Shown: one piece after another, positions 47,001 to 57,647 of the stretch
How the letters are laid out: every line of letters starts with the position of its first letter
Position numbering within the stretch: the first letter of the stretch is position 1
Source of the DNA: Azolla caroliniana
Lineage: Eukaryota > Plantae > Polypodiophyta
NCBI GenBank assembly: GCA_043228905.1
Contig: JBHGNT010000014.1
Location: forward strand, 16,678,001-16,742,000
Direction: 5' to 3'
DNA: 64,000 nt
The notes under the pieces: model-generated
Database searches by the model: none
Seen by the model: the letters and a program-made list of their open reading frames with translations, nothing else
Told to the model about the DNA's origin: nothing
Translations under genes and position numbers: made by a program

Positions 47001-48560
47001 CATGCCGTAGCAGACTACCTGAGCCGGTTAGAGTCCGGAGAAGCAGGCGACGGAGTATCGGATGAATTCCCGGACGCAGAGTTATTCCGTATCACCCCGG
47101 AAACGGCAGCAGACGACACGGTGGCATCAGAAGATAGGTGGCTGACAAACATTCACCAGTTCCTAAGCACGGGCCTGCCACCAGAGGAAATGAACCGGGA
47201 CGAGAGGAAACGATTGGCGGTGCAGAGCCGCAATTTCTGTCTGTTACGGGACACTCTCTACCACAAAGGAGCAGATGGAATATGGAGACGGGCAGTCCGT
47301 AGTGACGAGAAAGAAGTAATCTTACGGGAAGCACACTGTGGGGTTGCCGGAGGACACTATGCCGGGGAAGCGACGGCAAGGAAAGTATGGCAGAGCGGCT
47401 TATGGTGGCCCACGACGTTAAAAGACGCCGTCAAGTATGCTAAGGAATGTGACCTATGCCAACGAATGGGCCAGCCTACGGAGCAAGCACGGATGCCACA
47501 CCAACCGGTACTTCCACTAGAGCCATTCCAGAAGTGGGGGTTGGATTTTGTCGGACCGTTCAAGCCACCGGCAATGAGAACGGGTAATCGTTATGTCATC
47601 GTGGCAACGGATTATTGCACTAAATGGGTGGAAGCTAAGGCCCTGAGAGACAACACCGCGTCTTCCACAGCAAAATTCCTGTACGAAAACATTTGGTGCC
47701 GATATGGATGTCCGATTGAATTAATCAGCGACCAAGGAGGGCACTTCCTCGGCCAGGTAGTGGAAAGCTTAACAACGTTCTATGCCGTGGTCCATAAACG
47801 AAGCACACCGTACTACCCACAAGCGAACGGGTTAGCAGAGTCCACCAACAAAACGCTACAGAACATTCTCCGCAAAATCGTCAACGAAAACCGGACGGAC
47901 TGGGATACAAAGCTCCATAGCGCGCTATGGGCGTACAGAACGGCATACAAAACAAGTATCCGGACAACGCCGTTCCGGTTAGCATTCGGCTTAGAAGCGG
48001 TCATGCCGGTGGAATTTCAGGTACCAAGCTTACGGATCCAACTACGGGAACGGCTGAATGAAAAGAAGTCGGAGGAAATGCGGCTAGCAGCACTATGCGA
48101 ACTGGAGGAGCAACGGCTGGCCAGCATCCTAAACCTGGAACTGGAGCAACGACGACGGAAAGCGTTCGTTGACCGTCACCGGAAGGGTAACGAAAAGATG
48201 TTCGAAATCGGAAAGCCGGTGCTAGTATTCCAAACGAGGATGGGCAAGATGCCGGGTAAACTCCGGTTTAGATGGACAGGCCCGTATTGGCTGACACGGG
48301 AATACAACGGGTCCTATCAGATAGGGACACTTGCCGGTGAAGTACTAGGCAAGTGGGTAAACGGATTTAGACTAAAGCCCTATAAAGGACCGATGCCAAA
48401 GAACCCGTTTATGCAGCTCACTGGCACTATACCGGGAACCTGTCCGAGATCGGTACGGATGGAAGAAAAAGACGACGGGGAACCCGTAGCAGAGGCGAAG
48501 GAAGACACGGCAACCCGTAAGGAAAATGGTAAGGGTCCGAAGGGACCTACGGATGTGTAA
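44091..48560 (+). CDS. Gypsy polyprotein: CCHC knuckle, protease, RT, RNase H, integrase (open for 1489 aa)
   Basis: IDGGSG and LLGRPW (PR); LDGFSGYNQI and FLDD (RT); VDASD...VDH...ADYLSR (RH); HHCC, GLDF, SDQG-x35-E and WTGPY (INT). Confidence 0.95.
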   Translation: MNRYRPAQDVRYGDRQENDGRYGNRRDNYDRYERSDRYREPNRRHEQYDRDHSPGYRRHQEDYGRFYDPPRPDYRNKNKNNKKRNFKKGGHPRDPEHGTPRSQPAQNAPLTTGPTPATSNAESSNTRKEYCYYCRQEGHYSNQCPVKSYEKRPAVNMVVPEVTDVQQVTTRSKGMAKEWETQEAIRKQATEWVKEANERNVAYAERQKANTIGSAGGSHPENETWQALQECQITLPLGRLLQLVPRFTEGLKTGMTDGIAPPAPVLFSNPEEGPTVVDTSSPVITAIVKGHELPGTVIDGGSGVNVISLHTCNALGIHEWEPCPFWLRMADTSSIRLTGLIRKLEVTIGGHTLYISAVVLQLQAQGAYPLLLGRPWLKTAHIKQNWRKNMITFRRGKAKVRVPTQPRTSNGKECTPLYAECVNMLEGLADDEEAQYLEEHPKIVPLFEIDVAEAVAPYLPQRDETEAEPDKDAIRELRQVQEALEREMAVSQRVKTSQLDEVNLGGKDESKPVHIAKEMKPEDKAAMIKLLTEFRDVFAWSYEDMRGLDPQLYQHQIHLGRDAKPVAQRRYRMNPNYAAKVKEEIDKLLRVGFIRPVKKATWLSPIVVVPKKNGKIRVCVDYRKLNAATITDAFPLPFTDGVLDAVTGNEVYSFLDGFSGYNQIRMHPDDQEKTAFVTEWGVFVAEVMMFGLKTAPATFQRIIMEIFGEYIPAFMQVFLDDFAVYSRGKDHLQHLRLCLEKCRLYRLSLNPAKCIFGVSSGILLGHIVSKEGIAVDPDKVNAILGAPAPKTAKALSRFLGQIRWHSRMLRHLADLATPLHTAVHRTPFQWTDTEDKAYNALKVLLSQAPVVQPPDWSKEFHVFVDASDIAIGSALMQLTEPKWYRPVYYASRKLSQAEKNYSTMEREALGMIYSVTKFRHYLLGRKFSFHVDHSALLYLVSKASLTGKLARWTLLLQEFEFEIFHRPGIQHAVADYLSRLESGEAGDGVSDEFPDAELFRITPETAADDTVASEDRWLTNIHQFLSTGLPPEEMNRDERKRLAVQSRNFCLLRDTLYHKGADGIWRRAVRSDEKEVILREAHCGVAGGHYAGEATARKVWQSGLWWPTTLKDAVKYAKECDLCQRMGQPTEQARMPHQPVLPLEPFQKWGLDFVGPFKPPAMRTGNRYVIVATDYCTKWVEAKALRDNTASSTAKFLYENIWCRYGCPIELISDQGGHFLGQVVESLTTFYAVVHKRSTPYYPQANGLAESTNKTLQNILRKIVNENRTDWDTKLHSALWAYRTAYKTSIRTTPFRLAFGLEAVMPVEFQVPSLRIQLRERLNEKKSEEMRLAALCELEEQRLASILNLELEQRRRKAFVDRHRKGNEKMFEIGKPVLVFQTRMGKMPGKLRFRWTGPYWLTREYNGSYQIGTLAGEVLGKWVNGFRLKPYKGPMPKNPFMQLTGTIPGTCPRSVRMEEKDDGEPVAEAKEDTATRKENGKGPKGPTDV

Positions 48561-48925
48561 GGTCACACACACTTCATTAAAAAAAAAAAAAAAAAAATCA
48601 TTAAAAATCGAGGTATGAACGGGTGTGAAAGCAAGGAGCGAAAAGGTACGTAGTGGGCATTTAAGAGCCGCCACGTTACTTAATACTAAATCGGTACACG
48701 ACGTGCGCATGCTCGAAAAAAGGCGCCAAGACGCACAGAGAAAAAGAAGAGCGCATGGAGACCTTCTTTTTTCGCGAGCCAAGAAGCACAGAAGCACCAA
48801 GGCAGTGGAAGCTTAGCAAACGCGAACCTGCACTCAGAGAACCCCCGCGTTCAGAACGCTCTCTCTCTCGCTCTCACTCTCATCACCACTCTACCTCGCC
48901 ATCTTTCCTCGACCTCGAAGCAGAC

Positions 48926-51555
48926 ATGGAACCACAAACGCTGTCGGAAGCGGCCAGGAAATGGTTCAGGCAACACGGACTGGAGGGGTTCTTGGCCATC
49001 ATGGAGGCACCACCGCACCGAGAAGCCGACCGGGTCATCAAGGAGCTCGACACGGAAGTCATCACAGAGGAAGCGATCCGTGCGCTAACAGGCCTTCCGG
49101 AGGGAGGTATTTTTCAGATTGATAACCCATCCTCGGAGCAACTCATCCGATATTTCGGTGAGTACTCTGTTGCCGGCAAAGGCTATCGAACGCAGGGCGG
49201 CGAAGATCCGCTATTCAGGGAGATAGCTCGAGTGCTCCATGAGTACGGCCACGTGTACCCCCGACCCCCTGTCATGCCAAAAAATCGGGCAAGGATGATC
49301 ATAGCCACCTATGAAGGGACCAAGGTGGATTGTGCGTGGCAATTGACATGGTACGAGGAAAGGACGGCAAGGAGGGTCGGAAGCTGTGGCATGCCGTAGC
49401 TCAGTGGATAACATTGCTCGTGCCGCCGGTCGAGACCGTTCAGCCAAAGAAGCAGCCAAGAGTATCGGAAGGAAGCACCTCGAAGTCGGCGTCCAAACGA
49501 CAGCAGCTGCTGGCATCGAAGGCGACGAAAGGGAAGAAACGGGTCCCAGAACCGGAGGAGGTGTCACCGGTCCGACCCGTCAAGATAACCATACGGAGAC
49601 CGGGACAGAAGGAACCGGAACCCTTGATGGCACAGAAACATGCCGTGACACAGGAAGAGGAAACGGAGGAGCCAGAAGAGCACCTCCAACGACGGTCAAG
49701 AAGTGGGACCGCCGGGACAGCGGGGGAGCGGTCGTACCCGCGAGAGGCAGAAACGCCCCCAACTCAACCTGAGCAAACCACAAGGGAGGAACCGGAACCG
49801 GTGCGTATGGAACCGGCATTGTCGACTTCTATAGAAGAAGTTATTCCAACGGTTCCGGAGACGGCGAGAACCGGAACTCAACAGCCGGCGAGCCCAGCCA
49901 GCACACACGGCGGCCAAGGAGTAGAACCAGAACGGCATATGCAGGCACTCAGGCCAGACAATTCCACAGTGAATGAGCCGACCCGACCAATACAGCAGCA
50001 AGGCACCAGTAGCATGTGGCTACGGTGGGTAGGCGAGCAAATCGCCGGAGCGGTCGAGTATATAGAGGCGGAAGAGAGAGCGCACCAGGAACGGTTGCTC
50101 GTCACAACCGTAGATCTAGAGACGGCCCGGTCCAGAATCCGGAGCCTTGAACAAGACTTGGACAGGGTCACAAGGGAAATGGCTCAATTGGCTTTGACAA
50201 CACAAGTCCAAGCACCGGTGACTCCGGGCAATGTACAGAATAAAGCGGCAGATCAACCTATACATAGCAATCAGACCCCGGCAACGGAAACCGTTCCGGA
50301 GAGAAATGCGGCACAAGCCCAAGAGCTTGCGGATTTAAAGGATGAGCTAGCTGCCCAAGAAGCGCTGAGGAGCCGCGAAAGAGAATTGAAGACGGCAGCG
50401 GAGGCAGAACTCAAAAAGACTTCTGAGAATCTACGCCGGGCCGAGGAGAGCTTACGGAAAGGCCACCAAGCGTACGACCGGCTCAAGGAGGAGAAGGAGA
50501 AAATGCTGCAAGAGAAGGACAGGCTCCGGAGGAACGCCGAAACAGAAGTAGAGCGCCTGAAAGAGGAACTCCGGCAGGTAAAGGACCGGGAGGACCGGAA
50601 CCATCGCCAGATCAACGGCAAGCTCAAACAAAAAACAGAGGAATTTGAGAACTTGCACCGGGAGTATAAACGGTTGCAAACGGAGCATAAGGAACGGACG
50701 GATGAGCTCCGGCAAGCAGTTGATCGGACCGCAACCGCATTCGCCAAGGAACAAGCGGAAACCAGAAGACGGTTGGAAGAGGCGGAGAAGGTTCGGATAG
50801 AGCTCCTCAGGCAACAGCAGGCGGAAAAAGAAAGAGCGACGGAGGTACTGCAGAGGCTGCAAACGACATATCAAGGGCAGCTGACGCGCTACAGAGAGCA
50901 GGCGGAGGATACGGCAAATCTCATCAAGCAGTTGAAGGAGGAGCGACAAGTGGTGGAAAGCAGAGCGCAAATGGGAGCAAGTCGCATCCAGGATATCATG
51001 CGGACCTGGTTGAACCAGACCAAGAGCTTGATTGACAACGGTTCCGTCAAATGGTGGACCAAGTGGGCCACGAACGCGGCGGAACTCCAATTGCTCCGGG
51101 CCGACGTAGAGAACCGGCGGAAGGAGGGAGATGATTGCTATATGCTGACTTCCGAAGACTTCACCGGCATAAGAGATGAGCTTGCCGAAGACTTTCAAGC
51201 CTTGGCAGATGACCAACTAGGGCTGGTCCGGCAACTTGTAGCTCAGCTGGACGACGATAGGCTGGAGGCGCAGATCCAGTTTGAAAGCTACGAGAGGTCC
51301 CGGATCCGGGGAGAGAAAGAACGAGAACCGGTTACGGTCAACCTCAGTGATGAGGAACCGTTACTGGAAGGAGACCGGACCGGAAGCAGTCAAGCGGAGA
51401 TGCCGGAGTCAGAGAGACAAACGGAGCAGCCGGAGTCAGGGAAACAAATGGAGCAGCAGCAGCAAGCAGAGCAGCCGGAACAGCCTCAGTCCCAACCGCA
51501 ACCACAGCAGCAGCAGCAGCAAGCACAGCCGCAACAACCACAACCGGAAGAATAA
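48926..51555 (+). pseudogene. Extra ORF2 of unknown function (one frameshift near 49330); long coiled coil and Gln-rich tail
   Basis: ORFs 48926-49399 and 49330-51555 together are collinear with the 145-2863 homolog. Confidence 0.8.
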
Positions 51556-54500
51556 TTGGAAATTCTGGAACAAAGTATTTTGGACAATTTGGGTGAACAA
51601 TGAAGGGGCCGAGAAGGGTTCGACGTACAAGGTACTGTCCCACGGGCGTGCCATGTGTTACCGGCCGGCAAGGAGTCCAAAATATGGAGTGAAGGAATTA
51701 ATTAAATATGGTTGTAAATGAGCATAGTGTGGACGGACGGACTGGAAACGGTATGCCGTTCCAAATCCGGGCAGATCCCGAATAGGTGCGATAGGCACCG
51801 TTTTGTACTACGGGCCGGAAACCTATTTAAAGGCCCGGACCCCATTGTAATCGCAGCGGATAATTAATAGAGCTTATGATGTTTATACTTCTGTCTTGAT
51901 TTCCGTTCTGTAATTACTGTTATATCTTACGCGTGTAATTAACCAAAGCATTCTAATCGTGTAACCTACGTAAGTCGGTGTAATCGTTGAATATTAATCC
52001 TATGCCGTAATCACCCTTTGGTGAAGTGTCTCCGTGACACCTTGTGTTAGACCTTGTCCGGTCAGAGAATAACATCGGTCGTGCCTCTGCTATTGCCTCC
52101 TTTGTCCCCTTGCCGCCACCTTTCATTACCCTCGGTCTCACGTTGCCACGTTGGCCGAACATCTGGGGTCTCCGGGCAGGTGTGAAGGATCCTTCTGGGG
52201 CCTCCATTTTGTTAGGTCACCGACTCGTGTACCAAGCACGTCTGATCTTTGTCTTGTTGACCATGCCCCTTGCGGGTCCGTATTCGGTTCATGGCCGCCT
52301 CACCGGCCTCATTCCTCCTTTCGCTCTGCTTTCCATCGTCCGATCACGTTCACCTGCCGCCACCGTCCCTTCCTATAGGACTCACACCGGCACTCGGGCC
52401 GACCGCCGGATCGGTGTAAGGATCTTCGCGGGACCTCCCCTTCTGCCATTGGTTGCCCGCCTTGCCACTGCCACCGTTCCTTACGTAGGTCTCACGTAGG
52501 CTCTCGAGCCGACTGCCGGAGTCTCTTGAACCGGTGTGTGTAAGGTCGCAACTAACCGCTTGCCGTTTTCCCGACCTTCACGTCGGCATCTTCTGCTGGT
52601 CACGTTCACCTACCGCCACTGATCTCTCCTATAGGACTCACGCCGGCACTCGGCCCAACTGCCGGATCGGTGTGAGGATCTCCACAGACCACCCATTTGT
52701 AGTCCTCTTGCCTTCGTCCCCTCGCCACCACCGTTCGCTACTCTAGGTCTTACGTTGGCTCTTGGGCCAACCGCTGGTGTCTCTAGAACCGGTGTGAAGG
52801 ATCCTCCTCGGGCCTCCGTCTAGTCTCTAACCCTTATCCCGGGTCGTCTTTGTCCGCAAGTCGAGTGGGTGGCTTGCTCCACACCCTCCCCCGTGGTACC
52901 GACGTACCATGCCCACCGGCCTCTTCGTAGGCCTGTTCTCTCGTCTCTTCCAGATCAGTTATCCGGAAGTCCGATCCGCCCCGTTCTCGTCCAGGTCCGC
53001 CCGTCATTCTCTGGATTGCCAGGTCCCGTTCTCCTGTCGCCACCGATCTCTCCTATAGGACTCACACCGGCACTCGGGCAGACAGCTGGATCGGTGTGAG
53101 GATCTCTGTAGGACCGGTCTTCGTTCTCCGCTTCATCCCTTGTACTTCTCCCGGACTCGTCGTTGCTCTCCTTGCTGCGTTCCCGCCTCCATCTTCCATC
53201 TCTTTCGGTCTCACATTGCTATGCCTGCCGAACTGTCGAAGTCTCCGGTCAAGACGTGGGGACACCGATTTCGTAACAACTCGCGACGACTCATCCGGGG
53301 CCAACGACCCTTTTAGTGGTGTCGGTGGAAAGCATCCGCTCTATGATTCTCCAATGTCCAGAGTTTCGGCTCCGATGTCGATCCTGTCGGGCTCGTTCCG
53401 CACCCTCGATCTTCTTCTTCCCGATTCCTGACCTTTTTGCCCAATCGGTCTTTCTCCCCATGTAAAAGAGGGCGGCTCGTTCCGCACCCTCTTCCGTATC
53501 GGCACCCTCATGCCGATTCTGGCCCAGGTCGAACAATCCACGACCGGATCACGCTCCACCCGAATCGGAGCGCCACGCGGTTCAGTCCCCGATCGGGTCA
53601 TTTCTTGGTTGCTTCCTCGACCTCTTCGTGAGCCATTTCCCATCCATCTTCGTTGGCATCATGCCAGGACTCCTCGATATCGTCATCCATCTCCTCGGTC
53701 TCACATGGGTGTAAGGGCCCGAATGCCGAGTTCTCCGGAATCGGTCCCGAGGGCTCTTGTCCATTCCATCCCCATATCATCTCGTTGGTGATTCTTGGTC
53801 TCACGCCGCCACCTTCCTCCTCTTGGGACTCACGTGGGCACTCGGGCCCGACTGCCATCATCTCGGGAGCAAGAGTGGGAAGACGCGAAGAATCGCCCGT
53901 CCGTTTTACACCCTTGTCCGTAGCCACCGGCTCCTCTTGGTCGGTGGTCGTCCGGCTCCTATGTCCGGAGTTTCGGGCTGACGTGCCCGAAACCGCCAGT
54001 CCCAATGTTCTGATTCTGCAATCTGTATCTCGACCTCGTCCTCGGCCGTTCTAGGGTTTAGTTCCGCACCCTCTCCTGTGGCACCGTCGTACCGATCTCC
54101 TGCCATCTTGTGGGGCCAGTCTGCCTTCCCGACCTCGGCTCGCGGTCTCGATCTTTCCTCTTCCTCGAGCACTACCTCGAGAGCCACGTACGCCTCCGCA
54201 ATCTTGGCCCCGAAGCCGAGCCTTGTCGACTCTCTTTGTCATTCGACCTCTTCCCACTGTGATGGCGCGCTGTCGCGCGCCTTCGTCCTAGCCTTCTCGG
54301 CCCGCTCGTCATCTAGCCGCTGGCATACCCTTCCGACCTTCGACCAGTTCTTCGTAAGGCCATTCGCTTCTTCCTCGTCTTTAAGCTCAATCCCGATGGC
54401 CTCCTGTTCCGCACGGTCGATCGACCTGACGAACAATAGGACTTTGTCCACCCCCACCAAACCTTGTTCCCGCTTCGGGAGCCGAGCAAGCCGCCGCTCG

Positions 54501-54745
54501 AACTCTCGGAACGCCTTCATTGCGCCCCGGTGTATCTTCACCAATGCAACCCACTGGTCGAAGTCGTGTCGTCCCCGGCTCTTCCGTCGTCCTCCATATG
54601 CCTACAGGAGCGCCTCTTCAAAGGCCTCCCACGAACTATGAGCTTCTCGAAGCTCCTTCACTTCCGCGTGCATACGGACGGCGATAGCCCGACAGAACAA
54701 CTCCAACCTCAACACCTCGTCTATGTCTCGCTCCTCCATTTCCGT

Positions 54746-56047
54746 TGTTGTGAAAATCCATCACTATGTGCGGATCGTGAGACGGAACCGCCGGGGTTCT
54801 GGACTAGAAGGATTTAGTGCAACACGTACAACACAAGCAAGTTTTAAGCATAAGACAAGTGGAAGAGAAAAATCATTAGTTTATTGCAAAAGAAAATCGA
54901 TTCTTTATAATTTTAGAATCGTGTTACAATGGGCTGGGTATGGAAATGAGAGATTAAATTTTCAAAGAAAGGAGCCAACAACCATGCAAGGAGTGGTCTG
55001 ATATGAATACGAGAGATAATTTTTTACTAGAAAGCCCCAATAAACAAAGCTAGGAGTTTGATATCAAAATGTGAGATAATTTGTTTCTCGAATCCGAGAG
55101 GGAAGAAGAAAGAAGGGGAAAAAAAACTAGGAGGGAAAAAATGGGACATATATCGAGCTCCTCGTTGATCCTCCTCCCCAATGTTACTTTGCATGCCCAC
55201 TTTTAGTTGGATGGCCCCTATTTTTAGTTGCATGGCCTTTGCTTTTAGTTGCATGCTTCCATTTTTAGATGCATGCCATTTACTTTTAGTTGCATGGCCT
55301 TGGCTTTTGGTTGCATGCGATTGTCCGTATAATTCGGCCAAATGACACAATCATCCATAAAGTTTAGCCCGTGCGCAATCCGTACGTGCATCGTAACCAA
55401 ACCGTAGACGCGTCCGCGCGCAAAAGTCTCGACCGCGTAGTAGTGTACGCATCCACGCATGCGCGCGTCCCGACCACGCCGTAGTGTACGCATCCACGTG
55501 CGCGCACGACCAACCCGCACCGTGTACGCATCCGCGCACAAAAGTCTCGACCGCACCGTAGTGTACGCATCCACGCATGTGCGCGTGCGCACACACGCGT
55601 CCGTCCGAAACGTCCACGTGTACGCCCGAAACTTGCACACACGCATACATCCGAAGACGTCCATGCACGCGTACGTTCAAAAACATCCACGCAACCAAGC
55701 ACACGCGTGTATGCCCAAAGCGTGCACACCACATACATAGTGTAGCCCAAGTCACCTTGAACTTTCTATCCTCCACACATTGATAGAATGAATATGTTTT
55801 GGTTTCCCTTATATATTTTGGGTTCCAATGTTGTCCTATCTATGTGGGATATCTCATAGTTTTGTCTTTTCTTTTCTTTTCTTCAAACTTCACACTCACA
55901 TAACTTGATACTTGTTTATTCGTTTTATGCGTAGTAAAATACGCTATAAACTTCTTGAACACATCTATCTTTCCATATCCATATATTAAGCTAATCGTAA
56001 ATAATTATTTACCTAGTTTTTATATCGTGTGTGAAAACCACATGACA
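54746..56047 (-). mobile_element. Solo LTR related to 18163-19315, with internal tandem repeats
   Basis: Reverse U5 motif GTCCAGAACCCCGGCGGTTCCG...CATAGTGA; interrupts gag; TSD not clean; ~21-bp TTTTAGTTGCATG and ACGC-rich repeats at 55190-55730. Confidence 0.75.
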
Positions 56048-56368
56048 TCCCGTTGTAGGCTTCCAAGTAAAATGGGACTTTGTCCCCGTTGAAACGGCCG
56101 ACACTTTCGACCACTCGCTCAACCGCTTGCTACGTCGTCTCTCGTCTTGCTGTTACTCATCCAAACTCCCTCACCACTTCAACAAAAAGTTGCGCGAAGT
56201 TGTCTTCTTCCAGCCCCCTTCTCCCTTGTCGCCTTTCACATCGGGTTCACCATATATGTCGCGTTGTTACGCGCGTGCGTGTGGAATGGGCGGTACCACG
56301 GGGGTCTCGAACGAGGGAGAAAGGGAGTTCAGGAAACCGACTCCAGACACGTACCAGAGGCTACCGAA

Positions 56369-56371
<3 letters not shown>

Positions 56372-56427
<56 letters not shown>
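56372..56427. repeat. (GA)28 microsatellite in an LTR
   Basis: Seen directly; the sister LTR has (GA)6 at 41183-41194. Confidence 0.95.
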
Positions 56428-56431
<4 letters not shown>

Positions 56432-57647
56432 GTGCAACACCGACTCTTATGCGTAGAAACCAAAAGGGGTAGAAACACTCGACACCATCAGAGACGCAGA
56501 AGTGCACAACCAAACAGATATATATATTACAAGAGAAGATTACAACCCCGGTTCGGAGCCGGACCAAGGTAGGTTACAACAGCAGTCCATTGCCAAGCCG
56601 GCGATCGGGGTCTTGCACAAGAGACCGAGCAGAAGCAAACCCTAAACAGACACGAACTCTCTCCCTCACGACGAGGAAGAAGAAGAAGAAACCTACCAAA
56701 GTAAAACAGCCTAACCCTAATCTAATGGTATACCCCCTAACACAAAAATGGGCAACCCTTCTACAAGGGACCATCCCTTCCTTTTATAGAACAAGGAGAG
56801 AGATGTGTTACAATGTGGGATAAATCCCGATTTACATGGGATTCTTTGTCCCGACTTGACTCCTACTCGGCGCCATAAAGGGCCCCCCTATTAGTCACAC
56901 GTTTACACAAGGGTGAGTACACATGATGCACTCTGCCGATTCTCCCGATATTCTCCAATTCCGCCTAGGGACGGTTTTCTCCACGACACCGAAGCCTCAC
57001 TAGCTTCCGGAATACCGAAACCCGATTAACAACATTCTTTTTCTGGAACATGATGTTGATCTTCTCCCAAAGTTCATGGGCCTTACTTTCTTCATTGAAG
57101 TTGTTGTACAGGCTCATATCGATGAAGCACCGGATGTATGTCGTCGTCTTCATATGCATTACCTCCCACACTATGGCGTCGATCTTATCCGGTCTCTTGT
57201 CCCTGAACTGAACCGGCAACCAAAGATCTTTAACCACCAGCATATCCCGTGTAGTTGGAGTAGTTGGAACCGGTGAACTTGAACATGTTGCCGAACAATT
57301 CTTCCATTTCCTGTGTTGTTCACTCTGATGCCAAATTGATAAGAATAGCACAGAATATTGCTCGGCCACAACCGAGTCTTGAATCACAGAAATGGGAAGT
57401 AGAGTGAGTGCTCGTACACCAAGAGAAAATACACAGGATGTTTACGTGGGAAACCCTAAATGGGAAAAACCACGAGACCCACAGACTCCAACTATCACTA
57501 TGGGAGAAAGGTACAATTAGAGCCTCGGAGGCAACGACCTCGAGCTCTGTATCTTCTCTCTTGCTCTCTCTGTCACTCGCTCTATACAACGGTTATAAAC
57601 ATACATCAATATGGCAACAACCATACAACAACAACTCACCTCTAAAG

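Larger units (their letters stand above)
42244..52074 (+). mobile_element. Full-length young non-chromovirus-type Ty3/Gypsy element with an extra 3' ORF
   Basis: 419-bp LTRs 42244-42662 and 51656-52074 with about 4 differences; TSD TCGGT; gag-pol plus ORF2; no chromodomain seen. Confidence 0.96.
41068..56988 (-). mobile_element. Non-autonomous gag-only tRNA-Trp-family element carrying two nested insertions
   Basis: LTRs 56257-56988 (5') and 41068-41755 (3'); TSD CCGG/CCGA; PBS 56235-56252; internal region homologous to 33094-38064. Confidence 0.92.

Noticed and set aside
48926-51555. env gene
   Set aside because: No signal peptide or hydrophobic transmembrane segment is visible; the protein is hydrophilic and coiled-coil.
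53598-54641. Independent protein-coding genes in the 52-55 kb region
   Set aside because: They are fragments or antisense shadows of the decayed satellite ORF, homologous to 33972-35378.
54742-56053. Clean TSD for the solo LTR at 54746-56047
   Set aside because: Left flank CCGT and right flank TCCC do not match, so it is not counted as a confirmed TSD and the right boundary may be a few bases off.
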